64,000 bases of DNA from Acidobacteriota bacterium (GTDB taxonomy: Bacteria; Acidobacteriota; UBA6911; RPQK01; JADFOI01): contig OY760074.1 of NCBI GenBank assembly GCA_963663035.1, forward strand, positions 3,530,684 to 3,594,683, given 5' to 3'. Made by a program: the position numbers and the translations under genes. The notes under the pieces were generated by a model that made no database searches, had not been told where the DNA came from, and worked only from the letters and a program-made list of their open reading frames with translations. Below, piece after piece: positions 28,190 through 38,403 of this stretch; positions within the stretch are counted from its first letter, which is position 1; each line of letters starts with the position of its first letter.

Positions 28190-29481
28190 GATCCAAAGAC
28201 ACGCTCGAAGATGGTGTCGACGTATTTGAGGGTGTTTTCAATGTTAAAGACCTGCTGCACTTCTTCTTGAGTAAGGTGGGTTTTAATGTCTGGGTCGCTC
28301 AAGACCAAGGTTTCGAAGTCGGCATCTTCATCCCACACTCGCATGGCGTTTCGTTGGATCCATTCGTAGGCTCGTTCCCGCAAGACGCCTTTCCGGACCA
28401 GCTCAAGCAGGAGTGTTCCAGAGAAGATCAGACCCTTTGTGAGATGGAGGTTGGCCTCCATCTTGGCTTCGTCAACTCCCAGATTGTGCAGGACGTTCCT
28501 GAGCTGGATGCTGAGGTAGTGGACCAGGATGGTACTGTCGGGAAGAATGATCCTTTCTACAGATGAGTTTGAAATATCTCGCTCGTGCCACAAAGGAATA
28601 TTCTCGAGGGAGGCCATGGCGTTGCTGCGCAGCAAACGAGACAAACCACTGATCTGCTCGCAGGTAATGGGATTCCGCTTGTGAGGCATGGCCGAACTAC
28701 CCTTTTGCCCGGAAAGAAACGGTTCGCTGGCCTCCTGGACTTCAGTTCTCATGAGGTGGCGGATTTCCGTGGCCATCTTGTCATAGGTAGAACCCAGGAT
28801 CGCTAGAGTGCACAGGTATTCGGCGTGCCGGTCTCGTTGTAAGGTCTGTGTTGAGACGCGGGCGAAGTCAAGACCCAGCTTCACACACACCTCTTCTTCC
28901 ACTTGGGGAGAAAGATGGGAGAAAGAGCCAACCGGGCCACTGATCTTCCCAACTTCCAGGTTTTCTCGGGCCCGCCGAAAGCGTTGCAGGTTCCGCTCCA
29001 TCTCTGAATGCCACACCGCCAGCTTGAGCCCGAAAGTAATGGGTTCAGCGTGGATGCCGTGAGTGCGACCGACCATAGGCACATTCTTATATTGAAAGGC
29101 TTGGGCTTTTAGGGTGGACAGAAGCTCTAACACTTCCTCTTCAATCAAGTTGGAAGCTTCTTGAATCTGCAGGGCCTGGGCCGTGTCCACCACATCCGTT
29201 GAAGTCAATCCGAAATGGATAAAGCGAGAGGCTGGCCCCACCTTCTCTGCCACAGCCGTGGTGAAGGCGATCACGTCATGGCGGGTCGTTTCCTCGATTT
29301 CTTTGATCCGCTCGACGGAAAAATCAGCTTTCTCTTGGATCTCAGCCAGCTCTTTTGGAGGGATCTCTCCCATCTCGGCCAGAACTTCGCAGACAGCGAT
29401 CTCAACCTGAAGCCATTTCCGGAACTTGTTTTCCTCAGACCAGACCTGTCCCATTGCGGGCAAGGTGTATCGAGGGATCAT
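28186..29481 (-). CDS. purB: Adenylosuccinate lyase
   Basis: RHDVIAF, HFGLTSTD, GRTHG, GSSAMPHKRNP, HERDIS. Confidence 0.96.
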   Translation of the reverse strand: MIPRYTLPAMGQVWSEENKFRKWLQVEIAVCEVLAEMGEIPPKELAEIQEKADFSVERIKEIEETTRHDVIAFTTAVAEKVGPASRFIHFGLTSTDVVDTAQALQIQEASNLIEEEVLELLSTLKAQAFQYKNVPMVGRTHGIHAEPITFGLKLAVWHSEMERNLQRFRRARENLEVGKISGPVGSFSHLSPQVEEEVCVKLGLDFARVSTQTLQRDRHAEYLCTLAILGSTYDKMATEIRHLMRTEVQEASEPFLSGQKGSSAMPHKRNPITCEQISGLSRLLRSNAMASLENIPLWHERDISNSSVERIILPDSTILVHYLSIQLRNVLHNLGVDEAKMEANLHLTKGLIFSGTLLLELVRKGVLRERAYEWIQRNAMRVWDEDADFETLVLSDPDIKTHLTQEEVQQVFNIENTLKYVDTIFERVFGS

Positions 29482-30257
29482 AAGTCCAAGACTATGGAGG
29501 GTTTGCTTTGGTGAGTCAAGTGCAGCTGGCAGGATTTGGAGTAGAGAGGAAACGGTTTTGAAAGGGCCTCGGAAGCCTGCTCCAGTGCGATTTTGGGGTG
29601 ATTATTATGGCGACTGAGATGAGCCAGAAAGATGTGGGTGGCCTGTCGGTCAAAGGAGTGGGTGAGGAAGGCCGACAGATCCTGATTGGATAGATGCCCG
29701 ACTCGGCTCAGTACACGCTGCTTGACACTCCAGGGATAGGGCCCAATTCTCAACATCTGCTCATCATGATTGGATTCCAGAACTAACCAGTCACATCCTG
29801 ACAGGCTTTCAATGACCGAGGCAGTCAGTTCGCCCACATCGGTGACCAGGGCTCCGGAAATGCCTTGTCCTGAGAAGCGAAAACCGACAGGCTCCGCGGC
29901 GTCATGAGGGACAGCAAAGGCTTCAACCTGAAGATCACCGACAGAAAAAGGAGAGTCGGAACCAAAGCTTTCCCATCCGTCAACGTTCTGAAGCTCAGAC
30001 ACTTCCTCTCGGGTTCCTTTATTCATGAAAATCGGTACCTGGTTGCGGGACAAAAAAGACGGTATTCCGCTGACATGGTCACAGTGTCCGTGGGTGAGAA
30101 GAATCGCATCAACTTTTGTGTTCTCCAGCTCAGCTTCCTGAAGCCGCCGTTTCAGACTCCGAGGACCAAAGCCCAAGTCGACTAAGATACAGGTGTTTTC
30201 TGTGGCGATTAAAGTGCAGTTTCCACTGCTTCCACTTCCCAGGACGGATACTTTCAC
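29478..30257 (-). CDS. MBL-fold hydrolase (YycJ/WalJ-like)
   Basis: LGSGSSGN, THGHCDH, HDAAEP, LESNHD, GHLSN, AHLS..N; GTG start 30257. Confidence 0.88.
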   Translation of the reverse strand: MKVSVLGSGSSGNCTLIATENTCILVDLGFGPRSLKRRLQEAELENTKVDAILLTHGHCDHVSGIPSFLSRNQVPIFMNKGTREEVSELQNVDGWESFGSDSPFSVGDLQVEAFAVPHDAAEPVGFRFSGQGISGALVTDVGELTASVIESLSGCDWLVLESNHDEQMLRIGPYPWSVKQRVLSRVGHLSNQDLSAFLTHSFDRQATHIFLAHLSRHNNHPKIALEQASEALSKPFPLYSKSCQLHLTHQSKPSIVLDL

Positions 30258-30308
30258 AGTGAGGTAGAATGTATCAGTTAAGTGTGAAAAAGACGAAGCG
30301 AGTGGCCA

Positions 30309-31664
30309 ATGGCTAAGAAATTTTACATTGCGACCCTCGGTTGCCGAACCAACCAGGCAGACAGTGCGGGCATGCGGGAGGAGTTTCTGTCTCGCGAGTA
30401 TGAGGAAACCCAACAATGCCGGAAAGCCGACTTGATTGTGGTGAACTCATGTACGGTGACGCATCGTGCTGACCAGCAAGTGCGCCAGTTAACTCGCAAA
30501 TTGCGCCGCCAGAACCCGGCTGCATGCCTTGTCGTGGCAGGCTGTTACGCCCAGCGAGCACCTCACACTTTGGCCCGTCTCGGCAGTGTTGACCTGGTGG
30601 TTGGAAACAGTCACAAGAGAGATCTTGTTCAGATTGCCACCGCTTTCGACTCGGGAGAGATGGGTCTTCCAACTCATCGGGAGATCGCAGCAATCTACCA
30701 GGACGATTTTCGCAATGTTCCGGTCCTGGGAGTGACGCCGGCGACGCAGACAGCCGGAAGAACACGGCCCTTCGTCAAGATTCAGGATGGTTGTGATGCC
30801 AAATGTACCTACTGCATTATTCCTCAGGTTCGTGGTCCGAGTCGCAGCGTGCCTCCCCAGATGGTGCTCGAGCATATCCGAAGACTGGTGGAGGAAGGAT
30901 TCAAAGAAATCGTCCTGACAGGCATTCACATGGGGAGCTACGGAATGCATTTGAAACCCCGTTTCTCGCTGGATCGCCTATTGAATGAGATCGTTGCTGT
31001 AGCGGGCCTCGAGCGGGTTAGACTCAGTTCACTAGAGCCCATGCAGCTGTCCCGCCGCTTTATTTCCCTGGCAGCAAGTTGTGAGAAAATTGCTGCCCAT
31101 TTCCATATCTGCCTTCAAAGTGGAAGCGACCGGATCCTGAAAAAGATGCTCAGGCCCTACACGACAAGCCGATTTGCCAGTCTTGTGGAGGAAATCCATC
31201 AGCGTCTCCCCGATGCCGCGATCGGAACGGATGTGATTGTAGGTTTCCCGGGAGAATCGGAGGAGGACCACCGTCAGACTGTAGACTTTATGGGGCGGAT
31301 GCCTTTCACCTATCTCCACGTTTTCCCCTACAGTGATCGCACCGGCACCGCCGCTTTTCAGATAGCAGGCAAGGTGGAGTCCCGAGCGATAAAGTACCGC
31401 AGCGCGGAGTTACGGCAGATCTCAGAGGAGAAAAACCGGAACTTTCGTCGTCGTTTCCTGGGGCAGCTGCTTTCCGTATTAACCCTCAGCGAAAAGAAGG
31501 ATGGGATGCGCACGGCCCTTTCCGGAAACTACCTGAAGGCCAAGATTGACCCAGAGGTGCCCAGCAACAGAATCGTGGAAGCCAAGGTGGTGGCAGAAGA
31601 TCGAGATGGATACCAGCTGTTAGCCCGCACTTCTCACACCCGCTCTACTGCATCGGCGCAATGA
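30309..31664 (+). CDS. mtaB: tRNA t6A37 methylthiotransferase (radical SAM)
   Basis: TLGCRTN, NSCTVT, GCYAQ, KIQDGCDAKCTYCIIP, LHVFPYS.R.GT. Confidence 0.92.
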   Translation: MAKKFYIATLGCRTNQADSAGMREEFLSREYEETQQCRKADLIVVNSCTVTHRADQQVRQLTRKLRRQNPAACLVVAGCYAQRAPHTLARLGSVDLVVGNSHKRDLVQIATAFDSGEMGLPTHREIAAIYQDDFRNVPVLGVTPATQTAGRTRPFVKIQDGCDAKCTYCIIPQVRGPSRSVPPQMVLEHIRRLVEEGFKEIVLTGIHMGSYGMHLKPRFSLDRLLNEIVAVAGLERVRLSSLEPMQLSRRFISLAASCEKIAAHFHICLQSGSDRILKKMLRPYTTSRFASLVEEIHQRLPDAAIGTDVIVGFPGESEEDHRQTVDFMGRMPFTYLHVFPYSDRTGTAAFQIAGKVESRAIKYRSAELRQISEEKNRNFRRRFLGQLLSVLTLSEKKDGMRTALSGNYLKAKIDPEVPSNRIVEAKVVAEDRDGYQLLARTSHTRSTASAQ

Positions 31665-31819
31665 TCCGACCTGACTGCGTTGCACGACCCGTGGCGGGTA
31701 CCCCTCGCGCGCCAGTCGGGCCCGCAGGCTTTAGCCTGCGGGCCCGTGGGCTAAAGCCCACGGCTCTGTTTTCCGGCCCTTCCTCCGCTTCGCGACGACC
31801 TGGTGTGAGAAATGCGGGC
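31623..31819. mobile_element. MITE with TTA target duplication, carrying two REP palindromes
   Basis: TIRs GCCCGCACTTCTCACACC / GGTGTGAGAAATGCGGGC; TTA at 31620-31622 and 31820-31822. Confidence 0.9.
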
Positions 31820-31832
31820 TTAGCCCGTTTGA

Positions 31833-32207
31833 CTACTTCTCAAGCACTACCACCGCCACCGCCTGTTCAGAGGAGTGGGTAATGGAAATCCAGGTGGTTT
31901 GAGCCCCCAAGCTCGCAAAGACTTTCTGGGCCTTGGCGTGGAAGGTCAGTATAGGTTTCCCCCGATCGCCGTTGGTGATCTCTACATCTTGCCAGCTAAT
32001 TCCCTCGCTCCACCCCGTGCCGAGTGCTTTTAAGGCCGCCTCCTTGGCGGCAAACCGTCCGCCGAAATGCTGATACTTGTTCTTTCGGCTGGTACAGAAA
32101 CGAATTTCTTCGGGTGTAAAAACTTTCTGCTCCATAGTGTGAGTCCTCTTCAGAGCCGTTTGCAGGCGCTCAATGGATACGATGTCGATGCCAATGCCAA
32201 TGATCAT
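31833..32207 (-). CDS. acpS: Holo-ACP synthase
   Basis: IIGIGIDIV, GRFAAKEA, GKP, SITHS. Confidence 0.95.
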   Translation of the reverse strand: MIIGIGIDIVSIERLQTALKRTHTMEQKVFTPEEIRFCTSRKNKYQHFGGRFAAKEAALKALGTGWSEGISWQDVEITNGDRGKPILTFHAKAQKVFASLGAQTTWISITHSSEQAVAVVVLEK

Positions 32208-32232
32208 GGAGTTGTGTTAGCCTTTCCTCTCG

Positions 32233-32985
32233 ATGTTCCGCGAAAAGAACCTGGGCCCTACTTCCTTTTTTGTGTTCCAGGAATTGGAAGAGATTCCGGG
32301 CTTTGTTCACGCCTTCACTTCGCGGCGAACCGATTCTTCAATGAAAAGTGCTAATCGGTCCGGGGAACTCGCTCTCGACAAAGGACAATTTCTGCAAGCT
32401 ATGGGCCTTCGGCTCAATGAGCTTGTTTTCTTGGATCAGGTGCACTCGAGCCGAGTCGTCACGGTGAAGAGGCCGCCTTCGGAGTGTCCAGAATCCACTT
32501 CAATGGGTCCCGCAGATGGTGTCATCACGGTTCGTCCAGCCCAATTTCCTATCATTCAAACGGCTGATTGCCTTCCAATTGTTGTTCTCCTGGCAGAGAA
32601 AAAGCAAGTCTGTGTTTTGCACACGGGTTGGCGCGGCACCCGCGATCAGATCACCGCCAAGGGGGTCGTTCAGTTCCTGCAAGAAACACAAGCATCTCCC
32701 AACCAGCTGATCGCTGCCCTCGGACCTTGCATCCAGAAGTGCTGCTACCAAGTGGGACCGGAGGTGCGAACTCAGTATGCGGAGGCAGGACATGATGTGA
32801 ATCGCTGCTTCTCCGGCAGTCACCTCGATCTGGTGGAAGCCAATTCAGCCCAGCTCCAGGCACTCGGAGTGACGCAGATCCTGGATTCGAAAATGTGTAC
32901 AGCTTGTCGGACTGACCTGTTTTATTCCTATCGCAAAGAGGGGAAAACGGGGCGCATGTGGCTACTGGCAGGTTTTCAGCTCTGA
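32233..32985 (+). CDS. pgeF: YfiH/PgeF-family purine nucleoside phosphorylase / peptidoglycan editing factor
   Basis: QVHS, TADCLP, HTGWRG, GPCI..CCYQVG, FYSYR. Confidence 0.88.
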   Translation: MFREKNLGPTSFFVFQELEEIPGFVHAFTSRRTDSSMKSANRSGELALDKGQFLQAMGLRLNELVFLDQVHSSRVVTVKRPPSECPESTSMGPADGVITVRPAQFPIIQTADCLPIVVLLAEKKQVCVLHTGWRGTRDQITAKGVVQFLQETQASPNQLIAALGPCIQKCCYQVGPEVRTQYAEAGHDVNRCFSGSHLDLVEANSAQLQALGVTQILDSKMCTACRTDLFYSYRKEGKTGRMWLLAGFQL

Positions 32986-33440
32986 CCCATCTTCTCTCGG
33001 CGTTCTTTCAGCTTTTGGGCAAGAGCGGGCTCACTGAGACTCAGGATCTGGATGGCAAAAAGAGCTGAGTTGATGGCACCCGCCTTGCCAATGCTCATGC
33101 ATGCAACAGGGATTCCCTTGGGCATCTGTACGGTGGAGAGTAGAGAGTCCCATCCCTTGAGAGAAGAGGAGTCCAGGGGCACCCCAATGATGGGAAGAGT
33201 ACTGTGAGCGGCCAGACTACCCGCCAGGTGAGCTGCGAAACCCGCCCCCGCGATCAGCACTTGAATACCACGACTTTCAGCCGCCTGGGCATAGGCGGAT
33301 GTCCTTTGGGGATCACGGTGGGCGGAAAGGACCTTTATCTCATAGGGAACTTCGAACTCTTCCAGAATTTTGGCGGCTTCACCCATGACCTCAGCGTCGC
33401 TCTTGCTGCCCATGAGGATTCCGATTTTTGGGGCTGTCAT
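32976..33440 (-). CDS. purE: N5-CAIR mutase
   Basis: MGSKSD, SAHR, AGAGFAAHLAG, VQMPKGIPVA. Confidence 0.95.
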   Translation of the reverse strand: MTAPKIGILMGSKSDAEVMGEAAKILEEFEVPYEIKVLSAHRDPQRTSAYAQAAESRGIQVLIAGAGFAAHLAGSLAAHSTLPIIGVPLDSSSLKGWDSLLSTVQMPKGIPVACMSIGKAGAINSALFAIQILSLSEPALAQKLKERREKMGQS

Positions 33441-34720
33441 GTTGAGTCCTTTCTTCCCTTCGAGGCTATGTCTCTACGGCAGTACATCCCCTCAAAATTG
33501 ATTTTGTTGACACCTTCGTAGGCGCCAATGATCGCTGCCTCGAGCGTGGGAGCCACGGAGGTAACCCCAATAACACGACCTCCATTGGTGAGGGCTTTCC
33601 CATCTTTCAAAGCAGTTCCGGCATGGAAGGCGATAGTGTTTTCATCCTCACTCACCATCTCCAGTCCAGAAATCTCCTGACCCTTTTCATAGGAACCTGG
33701 GTACCCTTTAGCCGCAATCACAACACTGACCGCCGCATTCTGGTTCCAGCTGATCTTCACATCTTTTAAGCTGCCCGAAGCCATTGCCTCTAAGATGGCG
33801 AGAAGGTCACTCTCCAGGCGAGGTAAAATGACTTGGGTTTCCGGGTCTCCAAATCGGACATTGAATTCGAGAACCTTCGGTCCCTCGCGGTTGATCATGA
33901 GCCCAGCGTATAAAATGCCCCGGTAGGGACTTCCCTCCTCACTCATACCCCTTATGGTTGGATAGATGATCTCATCCAGGATCCTTCCCCGCAGCTCCTC
34001 CGAGAGGATAGCATCAGTGGAGTAGGCTCCCATACCTCCCGTGTTGGGGCCTCGATCTCCTTCGTAGATGGCCTTGTGATCTTGAGAGGGAACCATTGGC
34101 AAGATATTGATTCCGTCCGAGAAGACCATGAAAGAGACTTCCTCCCCGTCGAGAAATTCTTCGATGACAAGTCGATCTCCCGAGGCCCCGAATCTTCTTT
34201 CCTCCATGATCCAGCTCAGTGCCTGAAGGCTGAAATCACAGTCGGGGCAAATAAAGACTCCTTTCCCCGCCGCCAAGCCATCTGCTTTCAGGACCACCGG
34301 AAATTGAAAACGGTCGCTCTTGAGAGCCGCTTCCGCCAGCTCCAGCTGGTCGAAGATTTCATAACCTGCAGTGGGAATGGCGTGCCGCTTCATGAAGTCC
34401 TTGGCAAAAGCCTTGCTGCTTTCCAATTGGGCTGCTGCTCGGGAAGGTCCGGCAATCGACAAGCCAGCTTGCTGGAATCGATCGACGATCCCAGCTGCCA
34501 GAGGTGCCTCAGGGCCCACCACCGTCAAATCAACTTGCTGGGAAACGGCAAAATCAAGAAGGCCCTCGATGTCATCAGCACCAATGGGGACATTTTGGGC
34601 GAGCTGTGCCGTTCCGGCGTTTCCTGGCGCACAGAAAAGCTTTTCTAGCTGGGGGTCTTGCTTGATCTTCCAGACGATGGCATGTTCCCTGCCACCGGCA
34701 CCGACGACGAGTACTTTCAT
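33437..34720 (-). CDS. purD: Phosphoribosylamine--glycine ligase
   Basis: GAGGREHA, PGNAG, KADGLAAGKGV, GPNTGGMGAY, EFNVRFGDPE. Confidence 0.96.
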   Translation of the reverse strand: MKVLVVGAGGREHAIVWKIKQDPQLEKLFCAPGNAGTAQLAQNVPIGADDIEGLLDFAVSQQVDLTVVGPEAPLAAGIVDRFQQAGLSIAGPSRAAAQLESSKAFAKDFMKRHAIPTAGYEIFDQLELAEAALKSDRFQFPVVLKADGLAAGKGVFICPDCDFSLQALSWIMEERRFGASGDRLVIEEFLDGEEVSFMVFSDGINILPMVPSQDHKAIYEGDRGPNTGGMGAYSTDAILSEELRGRILDEIIYPTIRGMSEEGSPYRGILYAGLMINREGPKVLEFNVRFGDPETQVILPRLESDLLAILEAMASGSLKDVKISWNQNAAVSVVIAAKGYPGSYEKGQEISGLEMVSEDENTIAFHAGTALKDGKALTNGGRVIGVTSVAPTLEAAIIGAYEGVNKINFEGMYCRRDIASKGRKDST

Positions 34721-34744
34721 AGAGTGCTAGGCATCGGTGGCTCT

Positions 34745-35056
34745 TTAACTTTTAGAGTCACTCTTCCCAGTTCCGGAAGCGCTCTTTGAGTCTGAGGCAC
34801 TCGTTGCTTTCTTTTTCACAGTCTTGGCAGAGGATTCCTTAAGCGAGGATTTCTCTTTTGAGGAGTCCTTGCCGCCACTTTTTGGGTAGTCGTTAACGTA
34901 CCAGCCAGACCCTTTGAACTGGATGGTGGGAGCAGAGAGGAGACGTTCCAACGGTCCTCCACAGGCTTTACAGAGGTCGACTGGTGGATCGGAGAACTTC
35001 TGAATGATTTCAATCGTTTCTCCGCAGTCTTCACAGCGGTACTCATAAAGAGGCAT
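34745..35056 (-). CDS. FmdB-family zinc-ribbon protein
   Basis: MPLYEYRCEDCG...CKACGG...FKGSGWYVNDY. Confidence 0.9.
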   Translation of the reverse strand: MPLYEYRCEDCGETIEIIQKFSDPPVDLCKACGGPLERLLSAPTIQFKGSGWYVNDYPKSGGKDSSKEKSSLKESSAKTVKKKATSASDSKSASGTGKSDSKS

Positions 35057-35215
35057 CTGCTCTCCTGCCGGGTGAAATAGGTGATCGCGACCCCAGATTA
35101 ACCAAGTTTGTTTTGTGCCTCTTTATTGTACTGAAAAGGCGAGACACTTAACAGCTCCCGGCTGCCTTTCCTCGGCATTCCTTGCGTGCTATCATCCGCT
35201 CAACCAGGGAGAAAG

Positions 35216-36097
35216 GTGACTGTGAGAAGTGTTCGAAAGGCAGTAATTCCAGTAGCCGGGATGGGTCTGCGGTTCCTTCCGGCCACCAAAGCTATTCCCA
35301 AGGAAATGCTGCCCATTATAGACAAGCCCACCATCCAGTATGTCGTGGAAGAGGCGGTGCAATCAGGACTTGAAGACATTATATTCGTCACCAGCCGGAG
35401 CAAAAGTGAGATTGAGGATCACTTCGACTACGACTACAGGCTGGAGCACACACTCAGGGAGCAGGGGAAGCATGACCTTTTGAAGGTTGTGCAGGACATC
35501 TCGCAGATGATCACCATAACGTCAATCCGTCAGAAGCAGCCACTCGGTCTGGGGCATGCCATCCTGATTACCCAGCCATCTATTGGAGAGGAACCTTTTG
35601 GTGTTTTTGTGGGCGACGAGATTACTGCCGATGAAGTCCCTTGCATGAAGCAGTTGATCGATGTCTACGAAAAGCACCGGGCCAGCGTCGTGGCCGTACA
35701 GGAGGTCCCCCAGGAAGCCATTTCCCAATATGGAATAGTCGCTGTGGAGCCGGGTGAGGGTGAGGATGACCGCGTTCTTTTAATGAAAGACGTGGTAGAA
35801 AAGCCTCCTCCCGAGAAAGCACCTTCCAATTTGGCCGTGATCGGGCGGTACATTCTCACTCCCACCATCTTTCAGTGCCTGGAAAAGACGAAACCGGCCG
35901 CGGGAGGAGAAATTCAACTCACCGACGCTCTCCGCAGCTTAATCGAAGAGGAGCCTGTTTACGCCTATCGCTACCAGGGTCCCCGATACGATGCTGGAAA
36001 TAAACTGGCATATTTGATTGCAACAGTTGAATTTGCTCTGCGCCGCGAGGATTTGGGAGAGGAATTTCGAACGTACTTGAAGAACCTCAAACTGTGA
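35216..36097 (+). CDS. galU: UTP--glucose-1-phosphate uridylyltransferase
   Basis: KAVIPVAGMGLRFLPATKAIPKEMLP, LGLGHA, VEKP, GEIQLTD; GTG start after AGGGAG. Confidence 0.94.
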   Translation: MTVRSVRKAVIPVAGMGLRFLPATKAIPKEMLPIIDKPTIQYVVEEAVQSGLEDIIFVTSRSKSEIEDHFDYDYRLEHTLREQGKHDLLKVVQDISQMITITSIRQKQPLGLGHAILITQPSIGEEPFGVFVGDEITADEVPCMKQLIDVYEKHRASVVAVQEVPQEAISQYGIVAVEPGEGEDDRVLLMKDVVEKPPPEKAPSNLAVIGRYILTPTIFQCLEKTKPAAGGEIQLTDALRSLIEEEPVYAYRYQGPRYDAGNKLAYLIATVEFALRREDLGEEFRTYLKNLKL

Positions 36098-36103
36098 GAC
36101 GCA

Positions 36104-37396
36104 ATGTTAGACAGAGCCTTGATCCGAGAAAACCTTGATCAGGTTGAGGAGCGGCTGAAAACAAAGAGTTTTGAGCTGGATCGGGAAGAGTTTTTAGGCC
36201 TGGATCAAGAGGAGCGCTCGGTCCGTCAAGAGTGGGAAGAGCTGCGAGCCCTGCGCAATTCCACCAGTGAGGAAATCGCCGAGCTGAAAAAGAAAGGCCA
36301 GGCAGCGGACCAGAAGATTAAGCAGATGAAGCAGGTCTCGGCTGGCATCAAGAAATTGGATGAGCGGTTCAAAATACTGAACACCCGCATGGGTGAGCTT
36401 CTGGCTCTGATCCCAAATCTTCCCCATGACAGCGTGCCTGTTGGTCCCGATGAATCCTCCAACACGCTGGTGCGGACAGTCGGCGAGCCACCCCAGTTCG
36501 ATTTTCCGGTCAAGGATCATGTTGAGCTGGGTGTGAATCTAGGAATCCTTGATCTGGAGCGAGCCAGCAAGATTGCCGGGGCTCGATTCGCCAACTATTA
36601 CGGGGCTGGAGCGTTGCTGGAACGAGCTCTCATGAACTTCATGCTGCATGTACACACCCGTGACCACTCGTATTTGGAGATCCTTCCACCTTTTATGGCC
36701 AACCGCAACAGCTTTTTTGGAACCGGGAATCTACCGAAATTCGAAGCGGAGCTATTCCATGTGGAAGGGACAGATTATTTTCTGGTTCCCACCGCTGAGG
36801 TTCCCGTGACCAATGTCTTTGCAGGTGAAACCTTAGCGGATGAGGATCTCCCGCTGAATTTCGTTTCTCATACCCCCTGCTTCCGTAGCGAAGCAGGCTC
36901 TTATGGTCAGGATACCAAGGGGTTGATTCGGCAGCACCAGTTCAATAAGGTGGAGCTTGTCAAGTTTTGCAGACCCGACGATTCCTATCAGCAACTGGAA
37001 GAGTTGACCTCCCACGCGGAAGAAATCCTGAGCCGGCTGGAGCTTCCTTACCGGGTGGTCACCCTCTCCACCGGCGATATGAGCTTCAGCGCCGCCAAGA
37101 CCTATGACCTGGAAGTGTGGATGCCCAGTCAGAACAAGTACCGAGAGATTTCATCGTGCAGTAATTTCGAGGACTTTCAAGCCCGCCGAGCCAACATCCG
37201 CTGCAAGGCGAGTGGCAGCAAGCGAACCCGCTTTGTCCATACCCTGAACGGTTCAGGATTGGCTGTGGGAAGAACCTGGGTAGCCCTCATGGAGAACTTT
37301 CAGGAGGCAGCGGGGACGGTGCGGATTCCTGAAGTGCTGCGGCCCTGGATGTATGGGATGGAACAGCTAACCGAAGAGCCTTTTATGCTACCCTAA
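36104..37396 (+). CDS. serS: Serine--tRNA ligase
   Basis: [41 protein letters not shown]. Confidence 0.97.
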   Translation: MLDRALIRENLDQVEERLKTKSFELDREEFLGLDQEERSVRQEWEELRALRNSTSEEIAELKKKGQAADQKIKQMKQVSAGIKKLDERFKILNTRMGELLALIPNLPHDSVPVGPDESSNTLVRTVGEPPQFDFPVKDHVELGVNLGILDLERASKIAGARFANYYGAGALLERALMNFMLHVHTRDHSYLEILPPFMANRNSFFGTGNLPKFEAELFHVEGTDYFLVPTAEVPVTNVFAGETLADEDLPLNFVSHTPCFRSEAGSYGQDTKGLIRQHQFNKVELVKFCRPDDSYQQLEELTSHAEEILSRLELPYRVVTLSTGDMSFSAAKTYDLEVWMPSQNKYREISSCSNFEDFQARRANIRCKASGSKRTRFVHTLNGSGLAVGRTWVALMENFQEAAGTVRIPEVLRPWMYGMEQLTEEPFMLP

Positions 37397-37446
37397 CATG
37401 ACGGAATCCTGTAACTTGCCGGGCTCTGGTGAACCCTGATTGAAGA

Positions 37447-38403
37447 ATGATCAAATTTAATCTTGACAAGGAAGTAGCCTTAACTTTTTACGATCAAATT
37501 AAAGGGCAGCTTCTTTCCGCCATCTATTGCGGCAAGATCAAGGAAGGGGACCGGCTGCCCTCCATCCGAGAGCTGGCGGAGGCCCTCGATGTCAACTACA
37601 AGACAGCCCGCAAGGTCTATCTTCGCCTGGCTGAAGAAAACTACATAGAGATTGTTAAGGGCAGCGGGGCCTTTCTGCAAAAGGGAAGCGGAGAAAAGAG
37701 TTACGAGCAAATGCGTCGGCAGGCGATCTTCAAGTTGCTGGGGGAAGTCGCCGAAAGAGCTCAAAACCTGGGGTTGTCTTCGGGGAGATTTCTCCGGCTT
37801 CTGGAGGGCTATTTCTCAGGTACGAACCTGAAGAAACTTCACCTTGTGGTCATTGACCATGAAGAGGAGGCCTTTATTTTTTCACGCGAGCTGAAACTGC
37901 GTTTGGGGGTCGATGCTTCATCCGTTTCCTTGAACCAAATCCAGACCAACGGGGCAAACGACTTATTTACCAACGGTGATTACTTTTTAACCACCAGCTG
38001 GCACATGGAAGAGGTGCATCGCTTAGCCGAGAAATACAAAAAGCAAGTGATGGAAATCAAGCCCAGTCACGAAATCTATACAGAGATCTTGAATGCGGCT
38101 CGTGATCGAAAGGTGGCCATTGTTATCCAGGACGAAGAGACGATGCACGCTTCCTGGGAAATCTTCATGAACATCTATCATCCTTCAACTGAGAAGCAGT
38201 TTTGGATTGCACCGATCAACCGGGAGGATATAATCGAGAAGATCATCCAGGAAGCAGAGCTTATCTTTGTTTCCCCTATGTGCTGGGATGAAATGAGAAG
38301 GCGCACCCCAGCAGAAATAGAATTGAAAACCTACGAGAACTTTATTTCTCAAGAGACAATCGATTCTCTTAAGGAGCTTCAACTACTTGGGGTCCGGCCC
38401 TGA
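37447..38403 (+). CDS. GntR-family regulator with extended C-terminal domain
   Basis: YDQIK..I..G..KEGDRLPSIRELA..L.VN..T..K.Y..L..E......KGSG winged HTH. Confidence 0.85.
   Translation: MIKFNLDKEVALTFYDQIKGQLLSAIYCGKIKEGDRLPSIRELAEALDVNYKTARKVYLRLAEENYIEIVKGSGAFLQKGSGEKSYEQMRRQAIFKLLGEVAERAQNLGLSSGRFLRLLEGYFSGTNLKKLHLVVIDHEEEAFIFSRELKLRLGVDASSVSLNQIQTNGANDLFTNGDYFLTTSWHMEEVHRLAEKYKKQVMEIKPSHEIYTEILNAARDRKVAIVIQDEETMHASWEIFMNIYHPSTEKQFWIAPINREDIIEKIIQEAELIFVSPMCWDEMRRRTPAEIELKTYENFISQETIDSLKELQLLGVRP

Noticed and set aside
29478-30416. 312-aa MBL ORF overlapping the mtaB start
   Set aside because: Conserved sequence begins at GTG 30257, so there is no real overlap
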